Part shown: one piece after another, positions 26,126 through 40,280 of the stretch
How the letters are laid out: each line of letters starts with the position of its first letter
Numbering within the stretch: position 1 is the first letter of the stretch
NCBI GenBank assembly: GCA_964270895.1
Contig: OZ185437.1
Length of the DNA stretch: 64,000 bases
Source of the DNA: Podarcis filfolensis
Lineage: Eukaryota
Reading direction: 5' to 3' (one strand)
Program-made: the position numbers and the translations under genes
The notes under the pieces: generated by a model
Database searches by the model: none
Told to the model about the DNA's origin: nothing
The model's input: the letters and a program-made list of their open reading frames with translations, nothing else

Positions 26126-27887
26126 ATTCAAAGTCTTTTACCTGGTAAAACAGTTCACTATCACCAGTTTGAAGTGGGTAAAACACAATCTCAAACTATT
26201 TGATGGATATTAGGGGTTATGGAACTCACCTATGAGAACAGAACTTCAGTTTCTTTGCAGTCTGGTCCTACAAGTCTTGGTACTCTTAGGAACAGCGGTC
26301 TATCTATCTCATTGACTCCTATCCTTGGTATAAGGATGGATCCTTCATTTGGAATGGCACTTGAATGGCACTTCTGGAGCACCTGTAGTGCTATTTATGG
26401 TTCCATACTTCCTTTACTGAGGAAACTTCCCTCCTCTTTTAAAATAGCAATACGTTCCATTATGTAAAATCATAGTATCTTGTTAATATTAATAAAGACT
26501 CAAAGAGCATTATTACAGCAGGTAACATTTAGTAATGGACCTTTCAAGCCTCTCGGATGGGACAAGTAAGTAAACAAATCCTCAGTCTTAAACTGGAGAT
26601 TAGCAGTTAAAACTAGTCCACCTTTCTATTTTTACAGTGCAAGATGGTGCTTTAACTACTTCTATGTAATCCTCTGCTTGAGTTTCAAGAGCTAATATGG
26701 ATTTATAGGATAAGGTTGCAAACTGTCATTTATTAGCCTTAAGCTGCAATCCTAAACACAGATATTTGGAATTAATTTTGGTGAGATCAGTGAGATTTTC
26801 TTCCAAGTAAATTGGGATTTTTTTGTTTGTTTCATCTGTCAGTTTTATGGATTAGGTGTGTTGATGAGAGGATAAGTGATGGTGGGGAAATGGTTGGGAG
26901 GATGCTTACCATTGGGTGCACAGTCCCCTCTGCCAGAATCCTTTAAGCTGTGAGGAGGACTGCCACCTGATCATTTAAAAATGGGGTGTAGGGTGTGGGG
27001 TAGGAATTGTTTTGCTGGGACTTGTTTCCCACTGGATTCACAGATTTACCAGGCAGCTAACAGCTGTATCTCAAACTCTTCTTGCTTCCTAGCTTTGTAG
27101 TTTTTTCTAGGTAAATTATTCTAATGTCCTGTCACTATGAGGAGGCAACAGTGCGAAAGAGATGGCAGAAGCGTTCTCTGAGCTGCCCAAGCCATCCTTG
27201 TGCTAGAGGAAGGTCAGGACCTTGGATAGGACCCTGGACCTGAGTGCTAGACCACAGTGCAATAACAATACTTTCAGGACCATGGTTAGCAGTCCTGTAA
27301 CAGAGAGCAGGAGGGAACAAATTTCCTTGTTACAACTATCCAAGCTTTATAGCCATATCTCGAGGATATAGACTAAAACTCTACTCCCAGTTTGCTTCAG
27401 CCTGCTAGTTAAAGGGCCTGTGACCATTAATGCAGCCCCCTCTAGGTGGCAATGCTTTGGGATGTGGGGCCTTAGTTCGTGTATTCTCTGCAGCACTTCC
27501 ATGATCCTTAAAGGAGTCATTTGTTGACTCCCGAGGCAAAAATACATCTTTGGTGTTTGGGTGGCTAGGTGTGGAATCTGATGCTGGTGGGTCTACTCAG
27601 AATGAGCTGGGGAGTGGATCCATTTCTTCCCTGGAGCTATTACTTCTCTAGGACTCAGGGTCTGAGGACTCTGGATTTAGAGCCACGGCACTAAGGCGAC
27701 AGCTGCAACCAAGATATTGGGGCATCACTACCACATGGTTTCACTTGTATACCAACTTAGCAGAGCTGTTAAGAAAGATGGGATTCTATGGGGTGGGAGC
27801 TATGCTTGAGCTCCAAGAGCATGGCTCTTTGGACCACTGTTTTGGCCTGTTCCATAGAGCTGTTATGCAAGTGCAGAGCTATTAGCA

Positions 27888-28045
27888 AAGGGATATAACT
27901 TAGTGAGAGAGCACACAATTTGCATGAAAATGGTCCCAGGCTCAACCCCTGGCATCTCCTGGTAGTGCTGAAAAAGACCCCTACCTCAAAGTTCAGACAG
28001 CCATTACCAATCTATGCAGACAACACTGAGCTAAATGACACAAGG
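27888..28045 (+). mobile_element. tRNA-derived SINE (Squam3-like), decayed
   Basis: A-box-like TAACTTAGTGAG and B-box-like GGCTCAACCCC, followed by ggcatctcc.ggtag.gctg...agacccct...gcagacaacactgagcta. Confidence 0.65.
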
Positions 28046-29127
28046 CGTCACCTTATTTTCCAAGATCTCACAAGACATCAAACATAGAAGAGGTAAAGAG
28101 AAGAGGCAGGGGGGTTGTGAATGAGAATATGAGATGAAAATGATGGACAGGGACAGGCAAGGTAGTGGGAGCCGGCAGAGGGAGAGAATGTTAAAGGATT
28201 ATCTGTCTGTCTATCATCTATCTATCTATCATCTATCTTTATGTACCACTCATACAGCATAGCTCTCTCAATTATAAGCCAAAATTTTAATGAATTTCTT
28301 GCTGCCTTTGCCTTTCATTCCTCACCCCAAGGATCCTTTAATCAGTGATAGGATTTCTGCCTTGCAGCATAGAGAGTGGCCTAGAGTTTACATTTTTTAT
28401 AGGTTCTCATCAGCAAAACCATCCCAGAAAACAGTTTCCCCATAGTTCCCCATGTTGCAGTTCATTCAAAGATGTGTGTGCAACAGGGAGAGACTGAATA
28501 ACTATGTTTGAGAAATGCAGTCCTTGTCAATTATGATAGGGACTGACCTGATCTGCACTTCCCAGCCTAATATGTGAACTGAAATGTAATGTATTCATTG
28601 GATTTTGCACTTCTCTCAAGGTTGCAACAGGGTTCACAACTCAACATTATTATCTGTGCTCCACTTGCAGGAGAATGAGCAGCATGGGGGGTGGGATAGC
28701 ATTGAACACACCAATCCAGTAGTGGGTTAAATATGCCCACCACTGTAATACTTCCAGCATGTCAGAGCTTGGTGTGGCACAGGGCAAGGAGCCTACCATC
28801 AGGCAGCCCACCTGCTGCCCAGCTTTTCCTTCTCTTGTCTTCTCACTGGGGAGAACAGGAGGGATCTGCCATGCTCTTAAGTCTACCATGGCGTGTAGCA
28901 TTCTGGTGATCCTGCCCACAACCTGCTTGTTTGGCAACCAGCCTTAACGCTGTAAATTGGAGCTGAGACTGTCAGGTGGCTCCAGTTAAAACTTTTCATG
29001 AAGCTCCTTTTAGTAGGCTGTTGATCCTGCCCAATCTCTCCTGCCATATCAATTTGTGATTAAAAAATAGCATAAGAACAAGAAATTCTTTATTCCTATG
29101 GGAGTGGTGAACTCTTTATTGCTTTAT

Positions 29128-29176
29128 TGAGGCAAGGTGAGGTGACTGCCTCAGGTGGCAGGATCCACCAGGGCAG
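29128..29176 (+). repeat. Dispersed repeat fragment (MITE subterminal region) shared with 59947-60011
   Basis: tgaggcaaggtgaggtgactgcctcaggtggcag occurs as a reverse complement, with few mismatches, at 59947-59994. Confidence 0.6.
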
Positions 29177-31869
29177 CAGATCCCACTGTTGATATTTCTT
29201 CCCCACTTGTTCATGTGGTGTGGAGGGGGAAGCCCCATCAACCAGTGTGGCTGGCCACAGTCCACAAGCATTCTCTACTTTTTAGGAAGGGTGGTTAAGT
29301 TGGGAGCAGGGAATCCTGGCACCCATGACATCAATTTATAACCTAGGAGTGGGCCAAAGTTCATTCCATTGAATCCTCTGATTGGCACTCTCTGTGTGTC
29401 AGGGTTTGTCCTGGGCTCCAGCACCATGGTGCTGTTCCTGTTTGAGTGCTTCCCTGCTGGCTGCAGAGGCAGCACAAAGGAAGTCCCCCATGGAGATAGT
29501 GGCGAGCCAACAATTATTTTTTGTAAATATTTATGCTCCATCCTTCTAGGGCCTATGCAGCATTCAGTGCATAGTTTGAGATCAAATACATTTAGGAATG
29601 TGTGTTTCTAGAGAAACATATAATTTTTGAGCAAAACTGTGGCAGTACATGTGAACGTCACATGAATCCAAAATAAAATTGCCCATCTATCCCTAGTATA
29701 TCCAATTCTATCCTTCCCTGATATTTTTTGTTTGAGCAGACATTTTCTTCACAGTGTGCCTGTATCTGCTGGGTGGCCAAGGCAGGTGGGGAAGGGGATG
29801 TTCCATTGTTGCCCTGAAGTCATACTGTGAGACACTCACTGTACCTTTCACTTTTTAGCCACAATGCTTTGTGTAGTAACACACTGGCTGGCTTTAGCTT
29901 TGTTTTAAAAGCTGTTTCATGCTGTTTGCCTTTCTTCCATGAACTTATGCACTGAGCCCCCTGTAAATCTTGTTGTTATGATCACTTTAAGTGCTTATTG
30001 TTTCAACATGTTCTTCACTTTCTTGGTGGTCTGCAGGAAAATAGCGAATTACTTTTTCAAACCATCCCTGTTGTCATGAGTGCTATTACCAAGAAAGAAA
30101 CATTTTACAGCTGACACTGAAAAGCAAGATAAACAACATGCATGGTTGTAAAATGCAGCAGTAAAGAGGTTTCAAAACTTCAATTCCTCACCATTTCCAT
30201 AGTTTGCCTGTCAATTGTGCTGTTTATTTTGAGATTTGCTTTATTGTCTATGCACAGGCCCAAATGATAAGGCTACACATATTCTTGTCAGATAAGCTCA
30301 ACTGCAGATAATAAATTTAAAACTTAAAGTAATAAGGATCTCAGTGAAGATGCATCTCATGTTATGTGAGTTCAGCAGATACTGTGTGCATTATAAATGC
30401 CGACCAAGGAGGCACTTTATATAGTCTTTGACACAGAAATAATTCTACCCCTAAACATTTCTACTGTAGCCTCGTTTTTATCTTTGCGAGTTCCATGATT
30501 TGTTAAAAAGAAAAACATTGTGAAGAGATAAAGAGGAGCTACTACTAAAATAGGTTCTTGTCACTCCCTTGTTCAAATCCAGTGAAAAGTCAGTCAATTA
30601 TGTATCTCAAAACTCTTTATAGCATTTTGCATCCATTGCAGTATTCACTGTTTCTTTGTTTGAACACAGAGCTAAACAATTTCAAGCTTGAAAATCCTCT
30701 TCATATATTATTTAAGAAATTAATATCTGCTCTGTAACCAAATTAGAGCACCATTTGTTTATCTGTAAGGTTCAGTGCATGACATGAGTTGCATAGCTCA
30801 TCAGTGTGATGAGTTAACAACAGAGATTACTTTGGGTATAATCTTAACATTAGTCAAAGGAGAGGGTATATTTAGATTTAGTCAGTTCATTCTGGCCAAA
30901 GTTTGCATATGGAAATAACGTATTTTCTTTCCCAGTAATTGTTTATTTGTATCAGTTTGCTGGAATGTATATTTTAATTATTATATAAAAGTAAATTTGA
31001 GAAACTTACTTAGGTGCAAGAAATTTTTGAACAAAAATCATATGTTATTTTCATAATTCTGGACATTTCTCAGCATATCCTGGTAAATTTACTGCGGCAT
31101 GATGGAAATCAGGAGGAAATTGGATCACTTGTTGAAGACAAATGTCAGGTCTATTTTGAACACTTACCAATCAGCCATTGTATATGTCATCCTTCACTGC
31201 TAAATGAGGGAAATGAGAATGAAATTTGGTTATTAGCCAAAGGCACATGGCTGACACTGAAATTTACTGGTAATCAGAATGTAGCACCGGTTTTCTATTT
31301 TGCTAAAAAATATATTGGTAAATGTCAACATTCTTCATAACATTTATTCTTAATGCATTCTTGGTGTTCTTTATGCATCTGATGAAGTAACCTGTCACCT
31401 ACAAGAAGTCATATCAGATAAAGTGCTGGTCTGAGTGCTACAACAGCTTTTGCAACCAGACCCAGGCATAAAGAGGTGAAACACAAGTGTTGTGTCAAAC
31501 TAGGGTTACATTTTGTTAATAACATCTGCAATGTTATTAACAATAATGAGAAGGCCAGGAAGCTAACTTCAAGCTTTGATGATATTATTGAAGGGAAATT
31601 ATGGGATGATATCAAAAGTTAGTCATACTCAAAACAGCCCTATTGGAATCAATGGACATACATTGCCTATGACTTAGTTTGATATCAACGCCAATGTGCT
31701 AGATGCCCTTTAGATCTGCAGCTGCAATAACTTGCTCTTGGTGAATGTGAATGCCATGTGGCAAGGCAGTTTTAAATCAGCTCTCTGACCTACTGAGTGA
31801 ACTCTATTGTTTGTTCTTTTTCTAGAAACTGCTTTGTGATCATTTTTCAAAATGAAAAGTGACATACAA

Positions 31870-31870
<1 letters not shown>

Positions 31871-31900
<30 letters not shown>
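31871..31900 (+). repeat. (TG)15 microsatellite
   Basis: Read directly from the sequence. Confidence 0.97.
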
Positions 31901-31901
<1 letters not shown>

Positions 31902-33234
31902 TAAATATAGAATAATTGCCCTCCCTTTAGGAATTAAGCATTTTTTCATATTTCACATTTTCAACAATACTGTTGATAAGCATGAAAATGTGATTTCTTG
32001 CACTAGAACAGATAGTGGCTACTTGAAATGACATCAGATGGATGCACATAGAACATATTTCAGAAGTCAAAACAGCAAATAATCTTGTGGCACCTTAAAG
32101 ACTAATAGATTTATTGTGTCATAAGTTTTCACGGTCCACAGCACACTGTCAGATGCACCAAGTGTTGTCTTCTCTTGGCAGATATATATACACACATGAG
32201 TACGGAGGGAAAAAAGAATTCAACAGTAGAGTCAAAAGGCCATGAAATGTAAGAAAGGTTCAGTATACTATGCCAAAGCCCAAATGCTTCTATGATAAGA
32301 ACTGAGTAACTCATTTCCAGCAGTGATCACAGGGAATAATACTTTCTAGCTATCTGGTAGTTTGTTTCTCATTTGCAAGGATATCATCACCAGCGACTGT
32401 AGAATGAGAAACCTTTCCTCTGCGTGGCTACATATCAAATAGCTTTAATTTAGCCTCACATTTTAAAACGATTCATCCTTAAGCAATGTGCAACTGCAAA
32501 ACCTGTTGCTGCTGTAGATACCAGCTGAGGTCAAGAAGTTTCCCCAGCAACTTCCTTTAATTTTCAGTAATTTTTCTTTCCTTTCTCTGAAGTGGCAGGG
32601 ATTGTCATGTGCTGCTAATGTGTAGCATTAGATTATATAAGCTGATGCCTAGGAACGCTTTTGTTAAGGTCTTTTGTTAAGGTACAGAATGCATACATAC
32701 AAAATGAGATACAGGAGAGCCAATATTTCAGCTATGATTTAATTTTCCATTTATATTAGAGCTGCCATCAAAATTTGACAATAAAGGAATTTTTGTTATC
32801 TCTAAATATTACTCAGAAAATTTATAACAAGCCTAATAAAACCTGCATTCTCATCCATAAAGTTCTATTGGTCAACCCCCCCTCCCCCCCGCATGCCAAC
32901 ATTCTGCAGTAATAATTGCTATATATTATTGAATTATTTAACCCTTCTTCAGAAGACCATCTCCTGTAGTTGCATTAAATCCCATGCTATCAGTGAAATG
33001 CATAACGTTTAACAATGCATTCCTATACGTATTAACTCAAAAATAAGTTTCACTGGTTGTTTGAAACAAGTGCTCCCATATGGGATGGAAGCACAACTAC
33101 CACATCGGCTCTCAAAAGAACTGATGATCACAAAAGTGTGTGTCCTGTATGCATATTTCCCCATACTCTCAACCTCCTATGAGAGCAACAGGAAGCTTTG
33201 GTAGCACAATAATAGCTCAGCCTATCAAGAAGAT

Positions 33235-33690
33235 GAAAGTGTCAACAAAGGCATAAGACAGACCTCACCAGGGAGAGCATTCCACAGATAGGGAGCCCCA
33301 ACTGAAAAGGCCCTCTTTTTTGTCATCATCCTTCAGAGGGGGTTCCAGAGAAGGGCTTCCAGAGAAGAAGATATGTGTGTCCAGGTAGGTTCATATCAGA
33401 AGAGGCACCCCAGAAGCTATTGGGACCTGAGCCGTAAAGAGTCCTATAGGTCAAAATCAGCCTTTTGAATTGGTGTTATAAGATCTGTTCTCCTTGAAGA
33501 GTTGGAGATCTGCATTCTGTACTAACTGAAGCTTCTGAAAAGCAACCCCATGTGAAGTGCATTGCAATAGTCCACTCTTGATGTTACCATAGCATAGCTA
33601 ACTGTAGCATATTCCTTTGAATACCTTACTATACATGGAACATGTCTTAAGAAATGTCTCAGTCCTGCTGGGTCAAGTCTGAGGCTTCCA
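33235..33690 (-). mobile_element. L2 LINE ORF2 fragment, decayed
   Basis: Minus-strand ATVSYAMVTSRVDYCNALHMGL matches the L2 motif ATVVHALVTSRLDYCNALY.GL. The + strand cagggagagcattccacagatagggagccccaactgaaaaggccct is the reverse of an RAFS.GAP.LWNALP-type coding sequence. Confidence 0.75.
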
Positions 33691-35024
33691 TGACTATTAG
33701 TCTCAATGAACAATGAACTCCATAACTGTCATTGTATATAATAGCTTAGCTGAATAGTATCAGGACAGAGCGAGGTCTTCAATATTCAAATACTGTGAAC
33801 TTTTGTCAGAATTGTAAAGGCTCTATGCTATGGCTTGTACTGTGGTTTGGACTTCATTCTCAGGCTTCATTAAAGTCCATAAAAAGACTTTCTGGGACTA
33901 AATTACCAGCAGTCATTGAAAATTGTAGCTTGCTGTGTTCCATCAGAGTTAGTTACTGGTACAAATTTGTGCTAATGTGTGTAGCCGGGACTCTGCATCT
34001 GAGTTTTTCCCTGGTTTTAATCTCTTTTATTTCTTTAGTTGTGAATTAATTGAACATTATCAATATTTTAATTATGTGCATGTGCCTGGAAGGCCTTTGG
34101 CTACTGGGCAAACATTTAATTACTGTTAATAATGTTATTGCTGTTGCTACTGTGACTGCTATTATTACTAGACTATAATAATATAAGAAATAACATAAAT
34201 GGAGATTAAATGAAGTTAAAGAAAGGAGAAAGGGCCTGAATAGGTCTCATGAGGTTACAAATACAAGACATAATCTGTACAAGTAATTTTCTGTTACATC
34301 AATACTTCAGTGCCTGCTATATTTAATCCAAAGCAAGTTCTGAGCTTTGACTTTTTTTCACTAGGGAGCTTCTACAATATGGATCATATCATGTATTGGT
34401 CACATAAATAGCCCTATTGCTTGCTGTCCAATTTTGATTACTGTTCCATAGTTTCATGCCCTAGGTGCTTCCCCATCGCACCCTAAGAGGACCATTGCAA
34501 TATTGTTTATCATCTAGGATGGGCAACTGTTACTTGTTCTGTTCCCACTCCCATGGCTACTGCAATAAACTGGAATATTCCCTATATGACATGCAGAAGC
34601 CCAAGTTCTCCTGTTTCCTCTTCCCCACACGCTCCCATTCACTTGCTTTCTTCTAGGCAACAGCAACAAGCAACAAACCCTTAGTTTTCTTCCCAGAAAA
34701 TTGTTTCTGTCTGGGCAATAAAAAATATCAATTTTACAGAAAGTTTAATGGAACTTCTAACTTGGCTCTGCCTGGCATGGTAGGGGCACTTAATGAAATC
34801 TGGGAGAGCCATATTTTGATTCTCAGCTTCAGTGAGTCCCACTTACACCCAGGGTAACACTGAATAATAATCAAATTTGAGGGCATCTTGACCGAAAACT
34901 GGGGACATAGAGGACAGAACCATTCAAACCCAAATGCTTCCAGTCATTTTTCAGTGAATATCAAATGCATTTCATAAGTAGTCTGTCCCTTCCCTTGTTG
35001 CACTACATTGAAAGGATATAGAAA

Positions 35025-35124
35025 GGATATAGTAAGCTGCCTTAACCAGGTCAAATTATTTGCCATTCTACCCTAATATTATCTGCCCTAACTAGGAAGG
35101 ACTCAACACTGCTTCAGGCAGAAG
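35025..35124 (-). mobile_element. Squam3-like SINE 3' fragment, decayed
   Basis: tagtaagctgccttaaccaggtca...tattatctgccctaactag...ttcaggcag resembles the reverse complement of the Squam3 3' half. Confidence 0.45.
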
Positions 35125-37394
35125 TTTGTCAAATCTCTTGCTATCTAATTTTGCCAGAAATTGGATATTGGAGAGATCTTTTGCATGCAATGCATGTACT
35201 CTGCCACTGAGTTATGGTTCCTCCCTGCGTCACGGGACTATTTCCACACATCACTTGTCAACAAACTGGCTTTGCCACAAGTGCCTGTTGGACAGGGGCC
35301 TGCAAAGAATTGTGGCTCACTGATTAGTCTATCTGTATGATGGTTACATTGTGCTGGAACGTCACCTACTTTTATTTCTCTACATTTTTATACCACTTGT
35401 TTGTAATAAAATGCCCAAAGCACTTTACAAAATGAATAAAACAATAACATTGGTCAATTAAAAAAAACTGTTTAAAATCAAGTATTTGAAACATGCAGTA
35501 AGCTAATATCAGATGAAAACACACAACTTCTAAACTATGGAAAACAATGTGCGAGGCAGCATTTTATATTGAAACTCATATTTTCTCATTTCTGCAAGCC
35601 TCTTACCCTGGCACAAGAAACAGCAGGATGAAATGAGAGTTCACCAGGATATTGATCATATTTTAACTGTTAATGAGGTATAGATGAAATATTCATATAT
35701 ACAGTAGAAACCTCTATTATTCTATCCGCCTAAAATAGCCTGCTCCTGACAGCTGTGTAAGTTTTGGGGCTGTCAGTGAGGAAATGTTAACATTTGGAAT
35801 TGAAATTCTGTTCTTTGTGATACTCAAGGAAAGTATAATTAAACCAATATATGTGCAAGTAACGGAGACAGCTTATGATCAGCTTAACAACATTCACCAG
35901 ATTTCAATTTAATGTCTTATTGGTTTATCTGATGCCACATTCTATCAGAAAATAATGAGCGTTGGTGAAAAGTTTTGCATAATTCTTCACCAAATAAGAA
36001 AAGTTTGGCTATGTATGGTTATAAGTTTATTATTGTTAAATTACCAGAGTTCAGGGTCTAGTCACGTGACTACAGATTCAAGTTTGTAAATCTGTTTAAC
36101 TTTCCTTGAATGAGTCCCAAAAGAAGGTACCAATTAGGTTAATAAAGAAATCCTTTTAGCTTTAAGCCCTGTTACTGAACATGTAAAAAGGGAACAGAAT
36201 TGCATCCACTGTGTCAGCCCCCCATTTTATATGTGTTAGTCATTCCCCCCCCTATTTCTTATTGAAGCAACTTTGGTGGAGAAGGACATTGGTCAAGATC
36301 CATAGGGGAGTTGGGAGTGGCGCCTCAAGGTCTTGAAGCACCTGCCCACATAACTGAACTGGCTGGCAGAACCCACAAGAGCAGCTTGCACCATGGTGGG
36401 CCTTAAGAGCTTGTCAAATCCCACATTGTGTCCCCATCAGACAGGCTGAGTGACTAAGCAGCCAGAAGACAGGCTGCCTGATAATTTTTGCCCTATGCCA
36501 GATCAGCCTCTGGTAACCAATCAAGCTGTGGTGTTGTCTGACCCATAATGGCCTTTCTGTGCTCAATCATTGCTCCCTTGGATTATTCCTAGCTGTGCAT
36601 GCATGGTGACCAGAATACTGACAATCTGGAGATGACCTAAACCACAGGTCCTGAGATCCTTCCTTGGATGTTTACAATGTTTAAATGTATGTTCACATTT
36701 GAGGATGAAGGCCTAGTTTTAAAAACTTGGTCCCTGTATTTTTATAATTTGCATGTGAATTTTTTTAACACAGTCACCTCTACAAGTAGGTGATAAATTA
36801 CACATACAGACACCATTTGGAGGATTGCCGACTAATTTCACACCTTTTAACTGCAATTAAGTGCTTGCTTCCAGCATGCTGAAAACGGAAATATCTTCCT
36901 GATAGCAATTCATATTTTAAAGGCTGTTGGCTGGCGCTACAGTGGGACAGTCCACCAGTTATGTTAAAAATAAGATCTTAATTCTGGGAAGCACTACAAG
37001 GTCTACATAATCAAGTGCCCTGCCCTGTGGCAAGATCTTTCCAGCATTGGCACCTATAGGCTCTCTGTATTATATAAATTGCCTGAGTTGCAGTTCTTAT
37101 TCCAGCTGCCCTTCCAATTAAATCTAATTGGAATAACTCATGATTAGTTCATCCAGGTTTATTCTCAGAACAATTTTGCAGAGCATATATTTACTTTTTG
37201 CCAGAACAAAATCCCACACAAAACTTCCTCTTTTGAAAGACAACATGGTAAAGAACTGCGTAGAGCTGACTCAAACGTTTGTGAGATTCAGCTTTTGTTT
37301 CAAGACTTGCATAACTGATGAGGAAGAACCTTTTATCAAACTGCCAAGAAAATGGCCTTTAAAAAACTTGTGATTCTGGGTATTCCAGCCTGGA

Positions 37395-37500
37395 ATGATG
37401 ATAATGATGATGATGGTGATAATGATAATATAATTGTTTTCCCACCCTTGCCCTAAGGTTCCAGGGTGGGTTACAACATTAAAACATTAATCACAGCTTA
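37395..37500 (-). mobile_element. Very short L2-like 3' end with a (GAT/AAT)n microsatellite tail
   Basis: Perfect stem cccaccct (37441-37448) / agggtggg (37463-37470) followed by ttacaacattaaaac, with the simple-repeat tail on the left. Confidence 0.5.
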
Positions 37501-40049
37501 AGGATACAGTGAACTGTACAGTGATTATTATCACTGAGTTATCACAATGGGGCATAGCTCAGAGAAGCTCTGAACCTAGGAAACAAGAGATCTGTACAGC
37601 CCTTAAGTTGCTGGGGGGCAATGTTCTGACATACATTTGTATAAAGGGAGTCTATTTGTCATGGCTTCCAAACCTGGCCTCTTACAGTACACTGAGGAAG
37701 ATACCAGTAGGGAGGACAGATAGACTGCTCCACTTGATGATCATCCTCAACAACGCCTTCCTTGGGGCCCTCTCAGCAGGAGAGGACCTAACTCTTGAAC
37801 CTTCCTAGGACTCATAGAATGAAGCTCAAATAGCATTCCCATGCCTTGCACAATCTAGAAGTCAGTATCTCCATACTTACGCAAGAGCCCTTTAAGTCAG
37901 CACAACCAGCTCCTTACGGAAGCAGGGCAACTGCAGTACAGGCCATGCTACCCTCCATAAGGCTACAAATGGGTCCAGCTCTTGATTTAGATACCACCTT
38001 TGAAAACTCCAAAGCTCAAGTAGCAGGGCCCACTGGGAGCTGCCCAGGGTCCTGACCTATTAAGAAAGTCATGCTTCAAACTGCTTGCCTCGCCAGACTT
38101 GTTTCTTGCTTCCACTTGCCCATAAGGTCCACAGAGCAGAAACTCTGGCTCTTTGGAGAACTTGGTCAGATAATTATTGGATTGTCCTGTTTCAATTTTA
38201 GAAATTTGTCATCTGACATATTCAGAAATGATTACAATTAATTTATTTTCCACTCCTAAGTAGAGAGATTGCAGTTCCTTTGTAGCCAGATCATTATATC
38301 AATCTGTTGCATTTTTTTAAAGTACTTGTTAAACTGAGTCTGAAAGTTTAAAAGCAACATTCTATTATGAACCCATTTTACCCCTAAATTATCTCTACCT
38401 TCGTGGATTCTCTTCTATCCACCAAAGCTTCATTGGTTTTCTTACTTCCAGCTGTATTTATTTCTCACCTTTTATAATTGCTTCTCTTCCCCCACCCCCT
38501 TCATTCTACTAATTAGTACACACATTACCAGTATGGCTCTAGCTTTCAAGTATCAATACACAATCAGATTTCTATTTATTGTATCCACAAGCTGCTTGCA
38601 TTAGTAGAAAGATATGATGTTTTATTAGTATTCCAAGAAAGATTGGAAAGTGAGTTAATTACTGGGAAAATCCTTAAGATGTGTACTCAGGAGCATCCAT
38701 TGCATCTCTGTCTGAAGAGGAGCAACCATTCTTTGCTATGGCTAAAGGAAATAGGGGAGTGAGGCTTCCCTAGCATTGGACTTGATTGTTCCAGCCTCGT
38801 GTGTGTAGGAGGGATCACTTTAAATCCTTCTGAGCATACCCCTTCCCCCCATACAAGTGAATGGCTACAATTTGCTTCTGGGACACTATTTCAGAGGTAG
38901 CCAAACCTCTCCTATCTCCACTGACACTGGACATCTGACTCCCACTGGCATAGATTCCATTGGGGGCAAAGCATTTGTGGATTTAGAAATGCATTGTGTC
39001 TCCCCCTCTCCCAGTGGATCTTTACTGTAAAGCTTTTTAGGTCTGTGTTGTGTTTATAAATTTATGCAGTGACTGACACCAATCCAATTCCTAAATGGCA
39101 GGAATCTTGCTGAACACTCCAGGAATACAGATGTATGCTAATCATAATGATGAATGCAACTGCCTTTTCCTGCAACACAGGCCACTTTAAATGCTCATAG
39201 CCCTGTAAGTCTACACGTGCATTTACTACGGTCCTGTTCAATGTATGCCTCATCCTAGGATTCCAGCTTTAGATTTGCACATTATAATAGGAAGCATTTA
39301 AGATTTTGTTGTTACCTAGTCAAATTCATCTTGGCTCTAAAGTAGGCCACAGTAATATGAATCTCTCATATCATGTATGAATAAATGGTGGCTAAAGTAC
39401 AGCTAATGTTTTGTTTATCCAGCATCAAATTACTGGTGTCCTAGGACTGTGTGACCCTGTGAGTGCAGAACTGATGTGATAAATGCATTTGCTGCTTCCT
39501 TCAAGTGAAATTAGTTTTCATGAAAGAAGCCAGTTTGGGGGCATTAGAAAATGAATCATGGTTTTATCTCCTGAATATTAGCACAGCATGTCCCCGCCTC
39601 CCTTGCTCTCCAGCATATGTATCAAAACCTTGGCAAAGGAGGAGGCACACCAGTTCAGCCTTCCTTCCTAGTGTTCATTTATGCAAATTTGCCATGACCA
39701 AATATTTCAATCTTTGGCCTGTCTGCCACATCCAATCTAATCACAGCAGTTTCTGCTACAGAACTCATTACACTGGTGCAAGTGCTTTATAAAATTATAA
39801 GTCAGCAAAATATGAAAGTGATTTGGCTTATAACAACACCTTCCTTTTTTTCAACTGCATCCATTATATTACCAATTATAATTTATTTACATATTTGTTT
39901 TTCTGTTACCTCTTTCCTATTGTTGCCCTTTTCATTTCTAATACCTTCCTTTGTGGACAGCTGATCATCATTAAAACCACCCAAACTTTTTTCTCAATGT
40001 GATGGTTGTTGATTTAATAACAAGACACAGTATTTAGTTTGTTTGCCAT

Positions 40050-40267
40050 GTTGTTGTTGTATTGTTTAAACACACACATATATATGTTGTTGTTGTTGTT
40101 TAGTCGTTTAGTCGTGTCCGACTCTTCGTGACCCCATGGACCAGAGCATGCCAGGCACTCCTGTCTTCCACTGCCTCCCGTAGTTTGGTCAAACTCATGG
40201 TGGTAGCTTTGAGAACATTGTCCAACCATCTCATCCTTTGTTGTCCCCTTCTCCTGTGCCCTCAATC
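40050..40267 (-). mobile_element. 5'-truncated BovB (RTE clade) LINE 3' end with (CAA)n-derived tail
   Basis: tagtcgtgtccgactcttcgtgaccccatggaccagagcatgccaggc...ccaaccatctcatcctttgttgtccccttctcctgtgccctcaatc is the reverse complement of the BovB 3' end. TSD ttgtttgccat at 40039-40049 and 40268-40278. Confidence 0.85.
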
Positions 40268-40280
40268 TTGTTTGCCATAA

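Noticed and set aside
27888-27960. tRNA gene
   Set aside because: The A and B boxes are degenerate and run into a SINE body, so this is a Squam3-like SINE head rather than a tRNA.
40101-40267. BovB as evidence of a new horizontal transfer
   Set aside because: BovB is a long-known, abundant resident of squamate genomes. A fragment of about 170 bp cannot support a new transfer claim.
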